A DNA stretch of 20,000 nucleotides from Cladosporium halotolerans (lineage: Eukaryota), in contig NW_027191469.1 of the NCBI RefSeq assembly GCF_011745625.1, forward strand, positions 487,677 through 507,676. The letters are read 5' to 3'. Position numbers and translations under genes: made by a program. The notes below the pieces were generated by a model. That model made no database searches. It saw only the letters and a program-made list of their open reading frames with translations, and was not told the origin of the DNA. Below are positions 1 to 9,163 of the stretch, piece after piece; positions within the stretch are counted from its first letter, which is position 1; every line of letters begins with the position of its first letter.

Positions 1-442
1 TCGTCTTGAGCGACGCCTTGATCTTGCCGTACCAGACGTAGTGCGCGCTCATGAGCAGCGTGCCGACGGTGTTGGGCGCCATCGTCAAAAGCACACTATC
101 CTGGTACGTCACCGGCTGCCCCGAGCTGACCCAGTTGGTCTCGCTGCCGTTGCCCAGATACCTCGACTGCGACCTCACGCCCGGCGAGTCGAGCGAGTCC
201 ATGCTGAAGTCCTGGCTCTTGCAGATGGGCGCCGGCAGGCACGACTGGAGGTCGAAGGAGTGCTTGGGGTCGCAGCCGCCCAGGCAGTACGCGCCGACAC
301 CGCACTGACCGTACTGGGAGCAGCAGGGCGCATCTTCGGGACACTGGCTGCCGTCGCCGCACTTGGGAATCGAGTCTTGGGCGAGGCCGAACGGGGCGAA
401 CGCGGCGACCAGCGCGGCCGCGTAGGTGAGGGTGTTCTTCAT
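1..442 (-). CDS. GH16 Crh-family chitin transglycosylase with N-terminal CBM18/hevein-like domain (Utr2/Crh2-like); runs off the left edge of the window
   Basis: Not in the ORF track because no stop lies in the window. Manual translation from the ATG at 442 gives MKNTLTYAAALVAAFAPFGLAQ (signal peptide), then CGDGSQCPEDAPCCSQYGQCGVGAYCLGGCDPKHSF..SCLPAPIC (chitin-binding Cys pattern), then NWVSSG...LLTMAPNTVGTLLMSAHYVWYGKIKASLKT (start of a Utr2-type GH16 domain). Confidence 0.9.
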   Translation of the reverse strand, partial: MKNTLTYAAALVAAFAPFGLAQDSIPKCGDGSQCPEDAPCCSQYGQCGVGAYCLGGCDPKHSFDLQSCLPAPICKSQDFSMDSLDSPGVRSQSRYLGNGSETNWVSSGQPVTYQDSVLLTMAPNTVGTLLMSAHYVWYGKIKASLKT

Positions 443-1606
443 GGTGTAGACGGACCGGCGGAGGTGGATCGGTCGCGTTCAGCGAGTGTGGTCCCGTAAG
501 GCGCGTCGAACGCCAGAAGCTGGCTCGACGGTGGCGGGCGATAAATCAGGTGCTCCGAAGAGCTTCGGGTGTGTTGACGCGGCCTGGAAGATGAAACACG
601 CCGGTTCGGAGGCGTGGAATTCGAGGGATGCGTTGGTGGTCGCGGTTGGATATGCGCAAAAACGACAGTGAGGCGTGTTCGCAAGGAAAGGAAAAGATAG
701 CAATGCTGGGCGGCAAACGATTGGGGAAGCGCGGCGAGGGCAGGTGGTGAGGGCAGTGCTGCGCATCGAAGTCCTGAAGAGCCTCCCGCAAGACAGGGGC
801 GGCGAGGCTCTCGGCTGCCGCGGCTGTCCTCGCGCTAGGCACCTGGCACGTCCCCGCCAGCCAATGGCCGCCGGGCGTCGGAGGTATTTCTGGAACATTT
901 GACTCCGTCCCTGCTCGTGTCTGGCACCGGCATCCCGTCTTTCCGCGCCTGTCTTACCTGTCTGGCTGCTACCTTAGTACCTATGTCATACGCAGGCCTG
1001 CAGTTTTTGGTTTCACAGAGCTCCGAAGGCCTGTTCGATTCTTCACGGTCGTACAAGGAGACATATACCCTCCCTCACGCGGTGAACTGCAATTGCCTCG
1101 CGGCGCGAGGATGGCTGGCTGGTGCACACAGTTGACGTCGCAACCAACCCAGCCGTGTGGAGGCATTGCTTCTTGGCTATTGGTCTTTACGAAAAGTATA
1201 ACTTTGGGCTTCGCGCAAGGACCGCGCCAGCCGCCACCCGCTAATCACAGGTCATGTGATGCGCATTGCCACCGACTTGAGACAAGTGTGTTCAGAAACA
1301 CGCATCGTGGAATGTACAGAGATGTCTCGAACGGAACGCATCGTTGTATGCCACACGGAAAGCACGCTGGTCGTCGTGAAGGCTGATGAAGCTGTTGGGC
1401 TTGACCTCGAAGCTCGCAAGCGTGTGCTGCCTTTGAAAGCATGACGAGATCAGGTCGGCTTCTCTCTGTTGGACATGCAGCTGGAGACGGTAACCAGTAA
1501 TGTGCGATATCTCATGATTGCAGCCGTGTATGTCTATAAATTCCACGAGTGCTTGTAGGTCACGTGAGCTGTAAATGAGGGCACATCCCTCAACACCGCT
1601 GCAAGA

Positions 1607-2328
1607 TCACGCACTCGTCAACAAAGGCGAAAGCAGATACCCCACCGGCAACCCAGCAGCAACAGCATTGAGCACCGCCCAATGCATCGGCGTCCGCGGC
1701 ATCATCCTACAACACCAGTTCGTCAGCAACAACAGATCCCAACCTAATCCACACCAACCAAAAAGAGAAAAAAAAGAGATAAGTCAACTCACGCCGCAGC
1801 AACCCCAAACAACACCCCCGTAAACCCCACCGCCCGCCCCTCACACCTCCTCCCCCTCAACACGCCCAGCGACGCCAGCGCCAGCGCCCCGAAACCCGGC
1901 ACCTGCCACTCCAGCCCCGGGTACCAGCCCGGCTGCTCCGGCCACTTGAGCACCATGCTGAGGAAGGCGCCGAGCGTGAAGACGGCCATCTGCGCGACGG
2001 CCAGCTCGGCGCCCAGCACGAGCGGCGCGTCGGAGCGCGACAGCGCCGTCCAGCCGGAGTAGAGCTGCGTCGCGGACAGCAGCGTCATGGAGAAGATGAG
2101 GGCGATGGGCGTGGAGAGGCGGGAGAGCGTGCTGGGAGTTTGTTTGTTAGTACTTTGGGGTTTCGTGTGGAAGGCTGAGAGATTGTTTTTTTTTTCTTTT
2201 TGGGGGTCTTACACGGCGCAGGCGAGGACTTGACAGAGGGTCTTTGCGATGTCGGTTGAGACGATGCGGTAGGCTTTGAGAGCGATGCAGGTTGTGAGGC
2301 CTGCGAGGAGGGAGGGGGCGTGGAACAT
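1607..2328 (-). CDS. Hypothetical multi-pass membrane protein, 184 aa, 3 exons (2328-2213, 2131-1793, 1706-1607)
   Basis: Intron 2212-2132 is GTAAGA..CTAAC..CAG and intron 1792-1707 is GTGAGT..GCTGAC..TAG; both are phase 2 and keep the frame (555 nt total). Protein: MFHAPSLLAGLTTCIALKAY...LSTPIALIFSMTLLSATQLYSGW...WYPGLEWQVPGFGALALASLG...MHWAVLNAVAAGLPVGYLLSPLLTSA*. Strongly hydrophobic, with a CT-rich tract upstream on the minus strand. Confidence 0.8.
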
Positions 2329-2360
2329 CGTGGGTGGATGGATGTCGAGGTGCTCGTTGG

Positions 2361-2384
2361 GAGAGAGAGAAAGAGAGAGAGAGA
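2361..2384. repeat. (GA)n/(TC)n microsatellite; pyrimidine tract upstream of the membrane-protein ATG
   Basis: gagagagagaaagagagagagaga, 33 nt upstream of the minus-strand ATG at 2328. CT-rich boxes are typical near fungal transcription starts. Confidence 0.85.
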
Positions 2385-3062
2385 CCTTCTCGGAAATCGA
2401 ATATCAGGCCTAGATTTGTATATCTGTATCGACTACTAATGTGCAAATCGACGTAGAGAACAGTGGTCTCTTTCGTGAAGCTGGCCAAGCCAGCCCAGTG
2501 TGAACTACGCTGGCTAGGATTCGCCAATGGAGCTACTAGAGGTACGTCCTTGGCAAGGTTCAGAGATTCCACGGGCACGCGACTGGGAGTGACTGGCTAT
2601 CGGAATCATTTGTTGTATGCTTTTCTTTCATCGTATGCTTTTTTGCAAGATGTGACGAGTCGCTTGTTCTTTGCGCCTCGCCTGAGGGCGTGCGATGCAC
2701 GTGATCACGGGCATCCGAGGTGGACGAATAATAATCCCGACCACGTCGTCCACAAGCCGACGGTATAAGGCAGCCCACCGGCACAGTCGAGCCGTGAAGA
2801 TCACAGGTGTTATGTATATCGCTCAGGACATCGGCTACGTGTTCTTCTTCGGCTTTCGATCAATGCCTATAATGCCACCGCGGCCCCAGAGTCTAGACGC
2901 GCGAGCCACCCCAACTCCCCATGCGCGAATAGCGCCACATCATGCTGTAGAGGAGACAGCACAGCAACGAGCTGCATCCCGCCCCCCGGCCTACCACGAA
3001 CTCTGTCGACGGTGCCGGCGGGACCAGACTGCATGCAGCACGCAGCAGAGCACCGCAGGCGG

Positions 3063-3104
3063 AAATGCAAATGCGAATGCAAATGCAAATGCAAATGCAA
3101 ATGC
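3063..3104. repeat. Hexanucleotide tandem repeat (AAATGC)7 with one variant unit
   Basis: aaatgc aaatgc gaatgc aaatgc aaatgc aaatgc aaatgc, read directly from the sequence. Confidence 0.95.
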
Positions 3105-3547
3105 AGTCAGCAGCTGGGCTTTTCCACCGGCATCTCGACAGATCGCGCGGGCAGGCGTGGCAGGCTGGTAGGCGGGCCTCAACGTCAGATCCACAGCGAC
3201 GTGCGGTGGAGATGCGATTGTAGCACTTTTGCACGATGACAGCCGGCTTCATCATGTTGATGGAGGACTCGCTGGGCCGAGAGCGCCGTCGCCACGCTAC
3301 TTGCTGCTGCCACCGAGCAACGGCCGGCGGCGCGAAGCCTCGTGTGCCTGTTGTGCCTCTCGCGGGCGCCAGCCTGGCTGGAACCCCGCGGCATCAATGA
3401 CGTTGCGCCCCATCGTGCGGCGGATCGTGCGCGCGTGGGCAGCTGAAGCTGGCGGTGCTGCCATCTTCGTGTTTGGGCGATGGAGGGGCAGCCCGCAGCG
3501 CCTGCGAGGGCAAGGTACCTTACCGGAGCCATTGGCGAGAGGCGCCC

Positions 3548-3577
3548 GCGACCTGCGACCTGCGACCTGCGACATGC
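3548..3577. repeat. Heptanucleotide tandem repeat (GCGACCT)~4
   Basis: gcgacct gcgacct gcgacct gcgacat gc. Confidence 0.9.
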
Positions 3578-4004
3578 AATGCTGTCCCGCACGCTGCCGA
3601 TCACAGCGCGCCGCTCTGCTTTTTTCTCACGCCCGGTGCTGACCTGATCCTTGCGTGTGCGACGGTTGAGGGCGCGGCGCCCGCAGAGCAATACCTTAGC
3701 CTTCACCTCAATTGCAACCCGTCACATAATAACGCATCGGTCATCCGGGCCCTGCCTGCCCAGCAACCAGTGATCGCGATCAGTAAGCCCGGGCGTGGGC
3801 GTGGCCATCGTGGTGGGGCTCAATGATGTCTGGTGATGGGATGCTTTCGCCCTGCCCGCCGCCCGCCGTGCGCTGGGACGAGGGGCACAGCTCGCCCTCG
3901 ATGACCTCGATGCTCCATCAGCCGCCTGCATTCATAAACCTTTCCGTCCCCGCCCTTCCCTCTCCTCTCTCTTCTCTTCACATATACCACTCCCCGTCAA
4001 CTAA

Positions 4005-4931
<927 letters not shown>

Positions 4932-5335
4932 ATCAATTCGCCTCTTGATGAGCGTGTGATGGGAATGGTTATGACCCAACAGCTGTGATGAATATACCCC
5001 GGCTGAAAGTAAAAAAAGAAAAATAAAAAGAGTTTGTGGAATATGGGTGTTACGAGAGGTTTTTTTCTTTCTCGGAAACTACATAGCTCCATTTGAATGA
5101 AGCCAAGTGTTACGACATTCACAAAATCATCGTCTTTTACTTCCTACTCAGTCCCCCATCACGTGAACCTTCTGCACAATTATGCATTGACCTCGACAGC
5201 GCCATCCCACCCTCCAATCTCCCTCCGCCCAACGTACACATCTCCGTACTTTTCCCAGCCACACCCATCACGTGCCCTCCCGCCTACACCTCACCTCACC
5301 TCCCACCCACACCCAGCCCCAAAGACCTCCCCACC

Positions 5336-7246
5336 CTAAAACCTCCTCCTCTTCCTCCCCCCAGCCCTAGCCTTCGCCTCCAACTCCCTCTCCAGCGCCT
5401 TCCGCTTCGCATCCGCCCGCTCCTCCGCAGCTTTCGAGCCGATTTCCGGCCTCGAGTCGGGGGGAACCTTCTTCTCCATTCGCGGTTTGCGAGCCGGGGG
5501 AGGAGGAGGAGGTGTCGGCTCCTTCGACGCAGCCCTGGAGGAAGAGCTGGCTGCGCGTTTGCCGCCGATCGTGCCGAGCTGTTTGCTTTTGGCTTTTGGC
5601 TTGGGCTTCGAGGGCGAGGGTAAGGGAGGGGAGGAAGGCGGTTCTGGAGAGGGCTGCGGCTGCGGCTGGGGCGTGGGTTTGCGGCCGCCGATCGTGCCGA
5701 GTTTGGGTTTGGGGTTTGGTTTTGGTTTGCTTGGGTTTTGGGCGGGTGCTGGTTCGGTGGGGGAGGAGGAGGTTGGGGGTTCTGCTGCTGGGGGAGCTGG
5801 GGATGTTGTGTGAGAGCGGACGCCGCCGAGGGTGTGGAGTTTCTGTTTGGGAGTAGGTGCTGGTTTGGGAGTGGGGGATTTGTGGCGGGTGGGGAGGTGG
5901 GAGGAGGAAGAGGGGTTTTGGGAGGGTTGCGAGGGTGCGTCGAGGTCGTCGCTGTCGGAGTCTGTGGCGTCTTCGTGGGTGAAGGGGCCGCGGGAGGCGC
6001 GGGGAGGAGAGGGTTTGTTGACGGGAGGTTTGGGTGGGGAGTCTTTGGGTGAAGGATCATGCGGCGGAGGGGTGGAGGGCTTTCGTTGAGGTTTTGATGG
6101 TTGGGCTGGTCCGTCAAGGTCGTCTTCGTCTTCGGTCGAGTCGTCGTCATCGTCGTTGTCTGCCTCATGATTCACTAGTGATTCAGGTTGAGGACTTGGT
6201 GAAGGTGGTTTATTGTTCGTCTTCTGCTGGGACTCATTCCTCATGGATGGAGGCTTTGGTGCATCGTCGTCTTCGCTGACATAGTTGTCGGTCTTCTCCG
6301 GTGGACGTTCATTGCGTAACCGTGGTGGAGTCGCCTGCCTCTGGAAATCGTCTTCCATTGTTATGTCTCCTTCGTGATCTTCAAGACCTTCTGGGCCAGC
6401 TTGACCGTTCCCAGTCATTTCGACGTCTTCAGCAGGGTTCAGGTCAACATACTGCCCAGGCGGTATTTCACGCCACCAGTCTGCAGAAAAATGCTGGTTC
6501 TTAGTATCTTTCGACGGCGCAGGTAAAGAAGCAAAGATGGCATTCAGGGACTCCGATGACAATCCGTCGCCATCTTCACTTTGAGCCACCTGCGCCTTGA
6601 AGGCCGCTTCGTCGAACCTTCCCAGCCCTCTGACATGGCGGGCCAACTGTTCCTGCTGAGACTTCTTGCGCGAGAGCCGGACATTCGCAACGCCAGGAAA
6701 CACGGCGGTCAAATCGTGTCCAGAAGTCTCAAGTCGGTCGGTGATCTTGGCGATGATCTTGTCTTTGGCTTGCAGTTCGGCGATCAACGCTTCCAGATTT
6801 CGGTTCAGTTGATGGGCTCGGTGCAGCAGTGGGAATATGAGGTCGTGGCCGATAGACTCATCAGCCGCTCTCTTCAAAATCAACTCCCAATCGAAGGTCG
6901 GTAATGACGCAGGAAGAGGTGCCGTTAGACTCAGTTTCAATTCGCTATTCCTGGAAGGAGAGAGACTCAGCGAAGTGCCTTGCTTCTGCTCAAGTGCCTC
7001 GACAATTTTGTCTAGGAATATCTGAAATTGCTGGTCGTCTTCTTCCGGATCGATACTACAGCTCAAACGCTTCGCTCGGGCAACGATCTCCTCCCGACCA
7101 AGCGTCTCGATCCAAATACGGGAGAGGTCTGTCAAATAGACGCTGTAGCCATCTCGGCTGAAGGAGCTTTTCACAAGCAATGATGGGAGATCGTCACTGC
7201 TGTGGTGCAGCTTACTCCAACTTCCCATGGCTAACGAGCCTCGCAT
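5336..7246 (-). CDS. XLF/Cernunnos (Nej1-family) non-homologous end-joining factor with a long disordered Pro/acidic C-terminal tail
   Basis: N-terminal head WSKL..LPSLLVKSSF..GYSVYLTDLSRIWIETL..EIVARAKRLSCSIDP..Q..FLDKI..AL..PLP..F.W is the pattern of fungal XLF. It is followed by a coiled coil (LEALIAELQAKDKII.KITDRL) and a basic C-terminus ending RKRRRF. The start may be 7246 or the second ATG at 7228. Confidence 0.85.
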   Translation of the reverse strand: MRGSLAMGSWSKLHHSSDDLPSLLVKSSFSRDGYSVYLTDLSRIWIETLGREEIVARAKRLSCSIDPEEDDQQFQIFLDKIVEALEQKQGTSLSLSPSRNSELKLSLTAPLPASLPTFDWELILKRAADESIGHDLIFPLLHRAHQLNRNLEALIAELQAKDKIIAKITDRLETSGHDLTAVFPGVANVRLSRKKSQQEQLARHVRGLGRFDEAAFKAQVAQSEDGDGLSSESLNAIFASLPAPSKDTKNQHFSADWWREIPPGQYVDLNPAEDVEMTGNGQAGPEGLEDHEGDITMEDDFQRQATPPRLRNERPPEKTDNYVSEDDDAPKPPSMRNESQQKTNNKPPSPSPQPESLVNHEADNDDDDDSTEDEDDLDGPAQPSKPQRKPSTPPPHDPSPKDSPPKPPVNKPSPPRASRGPFTHEDATDSDSDDLDAPSQPSQNPSSSSHLPTRHKSPTPKPAPTPKQKLHTLGGVRSHTTSPAPPAAEPPTSSSPTEPAPAQNPSKPKPNPKPKLGTIGGRKPTPQPQPQPSPEPPSSPPLPSPSKPKPKAKSKQLGTIGGKRAASSSSRAASKEPTPPPPPPARKPRMEKKVPPDSRPEIGSKAAEERADAKRKALERELEAKARAGGRKRRRF

Positions 7247-7552
7247 ATGCTAGTCAGACTCTCTGATTGTTGTTCGGTAAACTGCTGTCTTGTCCAAGTT
7301 GATGTAGGCAGCGATCTGACTTCACGGTCCGGCACTTGAAGCGGAGACGCGCCGAGCCGCCCGCTTGGGGCGCCGTTGCCGACAGCCGACTTGTTTGCTC
7401 GCCTCGAGTTCCATCTTCCATCTTATAAACTATAGCCGAGAGCCTTCACTTGCGAAAATCGCCAGGGCGACCACGGATATCCCTCGAGCGTGGCGACCCT
7501 AAGTTTCACAGCACTAGACCTCCGCCATCCGACTGCTCCGCGCACAGCAGCT
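7247..7552. promoter_or_regulatory. Short (~300 bp) divergent intergenic region, probable bidirectional promoter for XLF and cactin
   Basis: Head-to-head start codons at 7246/7228 (-) and 7553 (+), a GC-rich core, and a TATAAA at about 7444-7449 region (cttataaac near 7423-7431). Confidence 0.55.
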
Positions 7553-9163
7553 ATGCCGCCGCCGCGCCCAACGATTCCAGCCAAGCGCCCTGCGGCCGAA
7601 GCGCAAGAGGCAGCCTGGGTCGCTGATGAGGACCGCTTCGTGCTACAGCAAGCTAAGAAGAAGGCTGCCATACGTGCGAAGAGTGGGCGCGCACAGCCGA
7701 TCGATTGGCTTGCTGTGACTCTTGCGCTGGTGGACCCGGATGGAAATCCACTGGACGACGAGCTGGAGGATGGGGACGTCGACTCGCTGGATCCGGAGGG
7801 TGTTTTTGAGGGTTTGGATGAGGAGCAGCTGGCTGAGCTTGAGAAGGGCGTCGACACCTACATTACGCTGGAGGGGAGCAGGAGCAATCTTGATTATTGG
7901 AATGTAAGGCCGAACTCGCGTCCCCGTGTGCTGTCGTCCACTAATGCTGACAGGCGATTAGATGATGAAAACGATTTGCCAAGAGCGTCGGAAGCACTAC
8001 AAGTCGGCGCAATCCTCCGCCCGCGGCGTTTCCTCCGTGGCTGGTAACATAGACAAGCTTCTGGCGCCCAAGACTTTGCCGGAGCTACAGAAGCTGGAGG
8101 GTCAGATTCGGTCGAAGCTGTCGTCTAACGAGCCAATCGATACCGACTATTGGGAGCACTTGCTCCAAAGCTTGCTCATCTACAAGGCGAAGGCCAACCT
8201 TCGCAAGATAACGCAATCGATATTGCAGTCTCGCCTGGGCGGTTTACGCAAGCAGCAAGCAGCAGAAGCTGATGCGCTGAAAACACGATTAGACGCTAAG
8301 TTGCGTATTGGTCTGCAAGCGAGCGACCAACTCACCACATCGGTCCAATCAGGCGTGGCAAATGCGGATGACCACGAGAGACATTCTTTGGATCCCGAGC
8401 CGCTTTTGCGTTTGCGCCCGGAAGACAAGTCTCTTGAATCTGTCACCGCCAAAGAATTCTCGCAGCGACTTGTCGACGACCGGCGGAAGGTGTTGAGCCT
8501 CGGGTATGTTCCTGGTCGCAAGCGAGGGCATGGTTCAGAAAACACCGAGCCATCTTCGAAGCGTCAACGCACCGGAGAGCCACTGGATACGAAGACTTCC
8601 GCCATCTTTGACCGTGAAGTCGCCCGTGGCCTTAGCGACAATGAGGAGCTACTCACTACCGAAGTTCCCGTCGAGACTAAAAACAAGCACACTTGGCCGG
8701 CAGACGTACGCGCCCGCAAACCACAATACTTCAATCGCAGCATTCTTGGCTACGAATGGAACAAATACAACCAAACGCATTACGACCATGACAATCCTCC
8801 GCCGAAAGTTGTCCAGGGCTACAAATTCAACATCCTCTACCCTGACCTTGTGGACAAGACGCGCGCGCCAACCTACAAAATCGAGAGAGAGGGCGGTAGA
8901 AGGCGAGGAGAAGTCATGGCGAAGGCTGGCGAAGATGACACTTGCGTCATTCGCTTTGTGGCGGGCGCCCCGTACGAAGATGTTGCTTTCAGGATTGTCG
9001 ACCGCGAATGGGACTACAGCGCCAAAAGGGAGAGAGGATTTAGAAGCAGCTTTGACAAGGGAATTCTTCAACTGCATTTTCAGTTCAAGAAGGTGGGTGC
9101 CATTGTGTGCGAGTATGACGTTATCTTTGCTAACGGATGTTGCAGATCTACTATCGGAAGTAA
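7553..9163 (+). CDS. Cactin (spliceosomal factor, Cay1 homologue), 499 aa, 3 exons (7553-7903, 7962-9092, 9146-9163)
   Basis: Cactin mid-domain EDRFVLQQAKKKAAIR..GRAQPIDWLA and C-terminal domain RKPQYFNR...GYEWNKYNQTHYDHDNPPPKVVQGYKFNILYPDL...F.AGAPYEDVAFRIVDREWDYS..RGFRSSFDKGILQLHFQFKK|IYYRK*. Introns are 7904-7961 (GTAAGG..GCTGAC..TAG) and 9093-9145 (GTGGGT..GCTAAC..CAG), both phase 0. Confidence 0.95.

Noticed and set aside
41..499. Plus-strand ORFs (152 aa and 85 aa) at the window start
   Set aside because: They are antisense to the real GH16/CBM18 gene on the minus strand.
700..1600. Short ORFs, and a weak ACGCATCGT repeat near 1300-1345
   Set aside because: Only two short copies with no array or spacer structure and no consistent gene model; treated as intergenic.
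2695..3255. ORFs with ANANAN, CKCKCK, CICICI, HLHLH or AFAFAF tracts
   Set aside because: All are translations of the same (AAATGC)n microsatellite in different frames, with no sign of coding bias.
4945..5008. TGATGA...GTGATGA...CTGA arrangement resembling a box C/D snoRNA
   Set aside because: It starts about 15 nt after the MtDH stop within the 3' UTR, is short (~60 nt), has no clear D' box, and has no rRNA complementarity that I can recognise; snoscan would be decisive.
5695..5746. Telomere-like G/T repeats (gggtttggggtttggttttgg)
   Set aside because: They encode the Lys-Pro-Asn tract of XLF on the minus strand and are not a TTAGGG array.
5093..6279. Many overlapping Pro- or Gly-rich ORFs, including the 290-aa ORF at 5296-6168
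   Set aside because: These are alternative frames or antisense of the low-complexity XLF tail.
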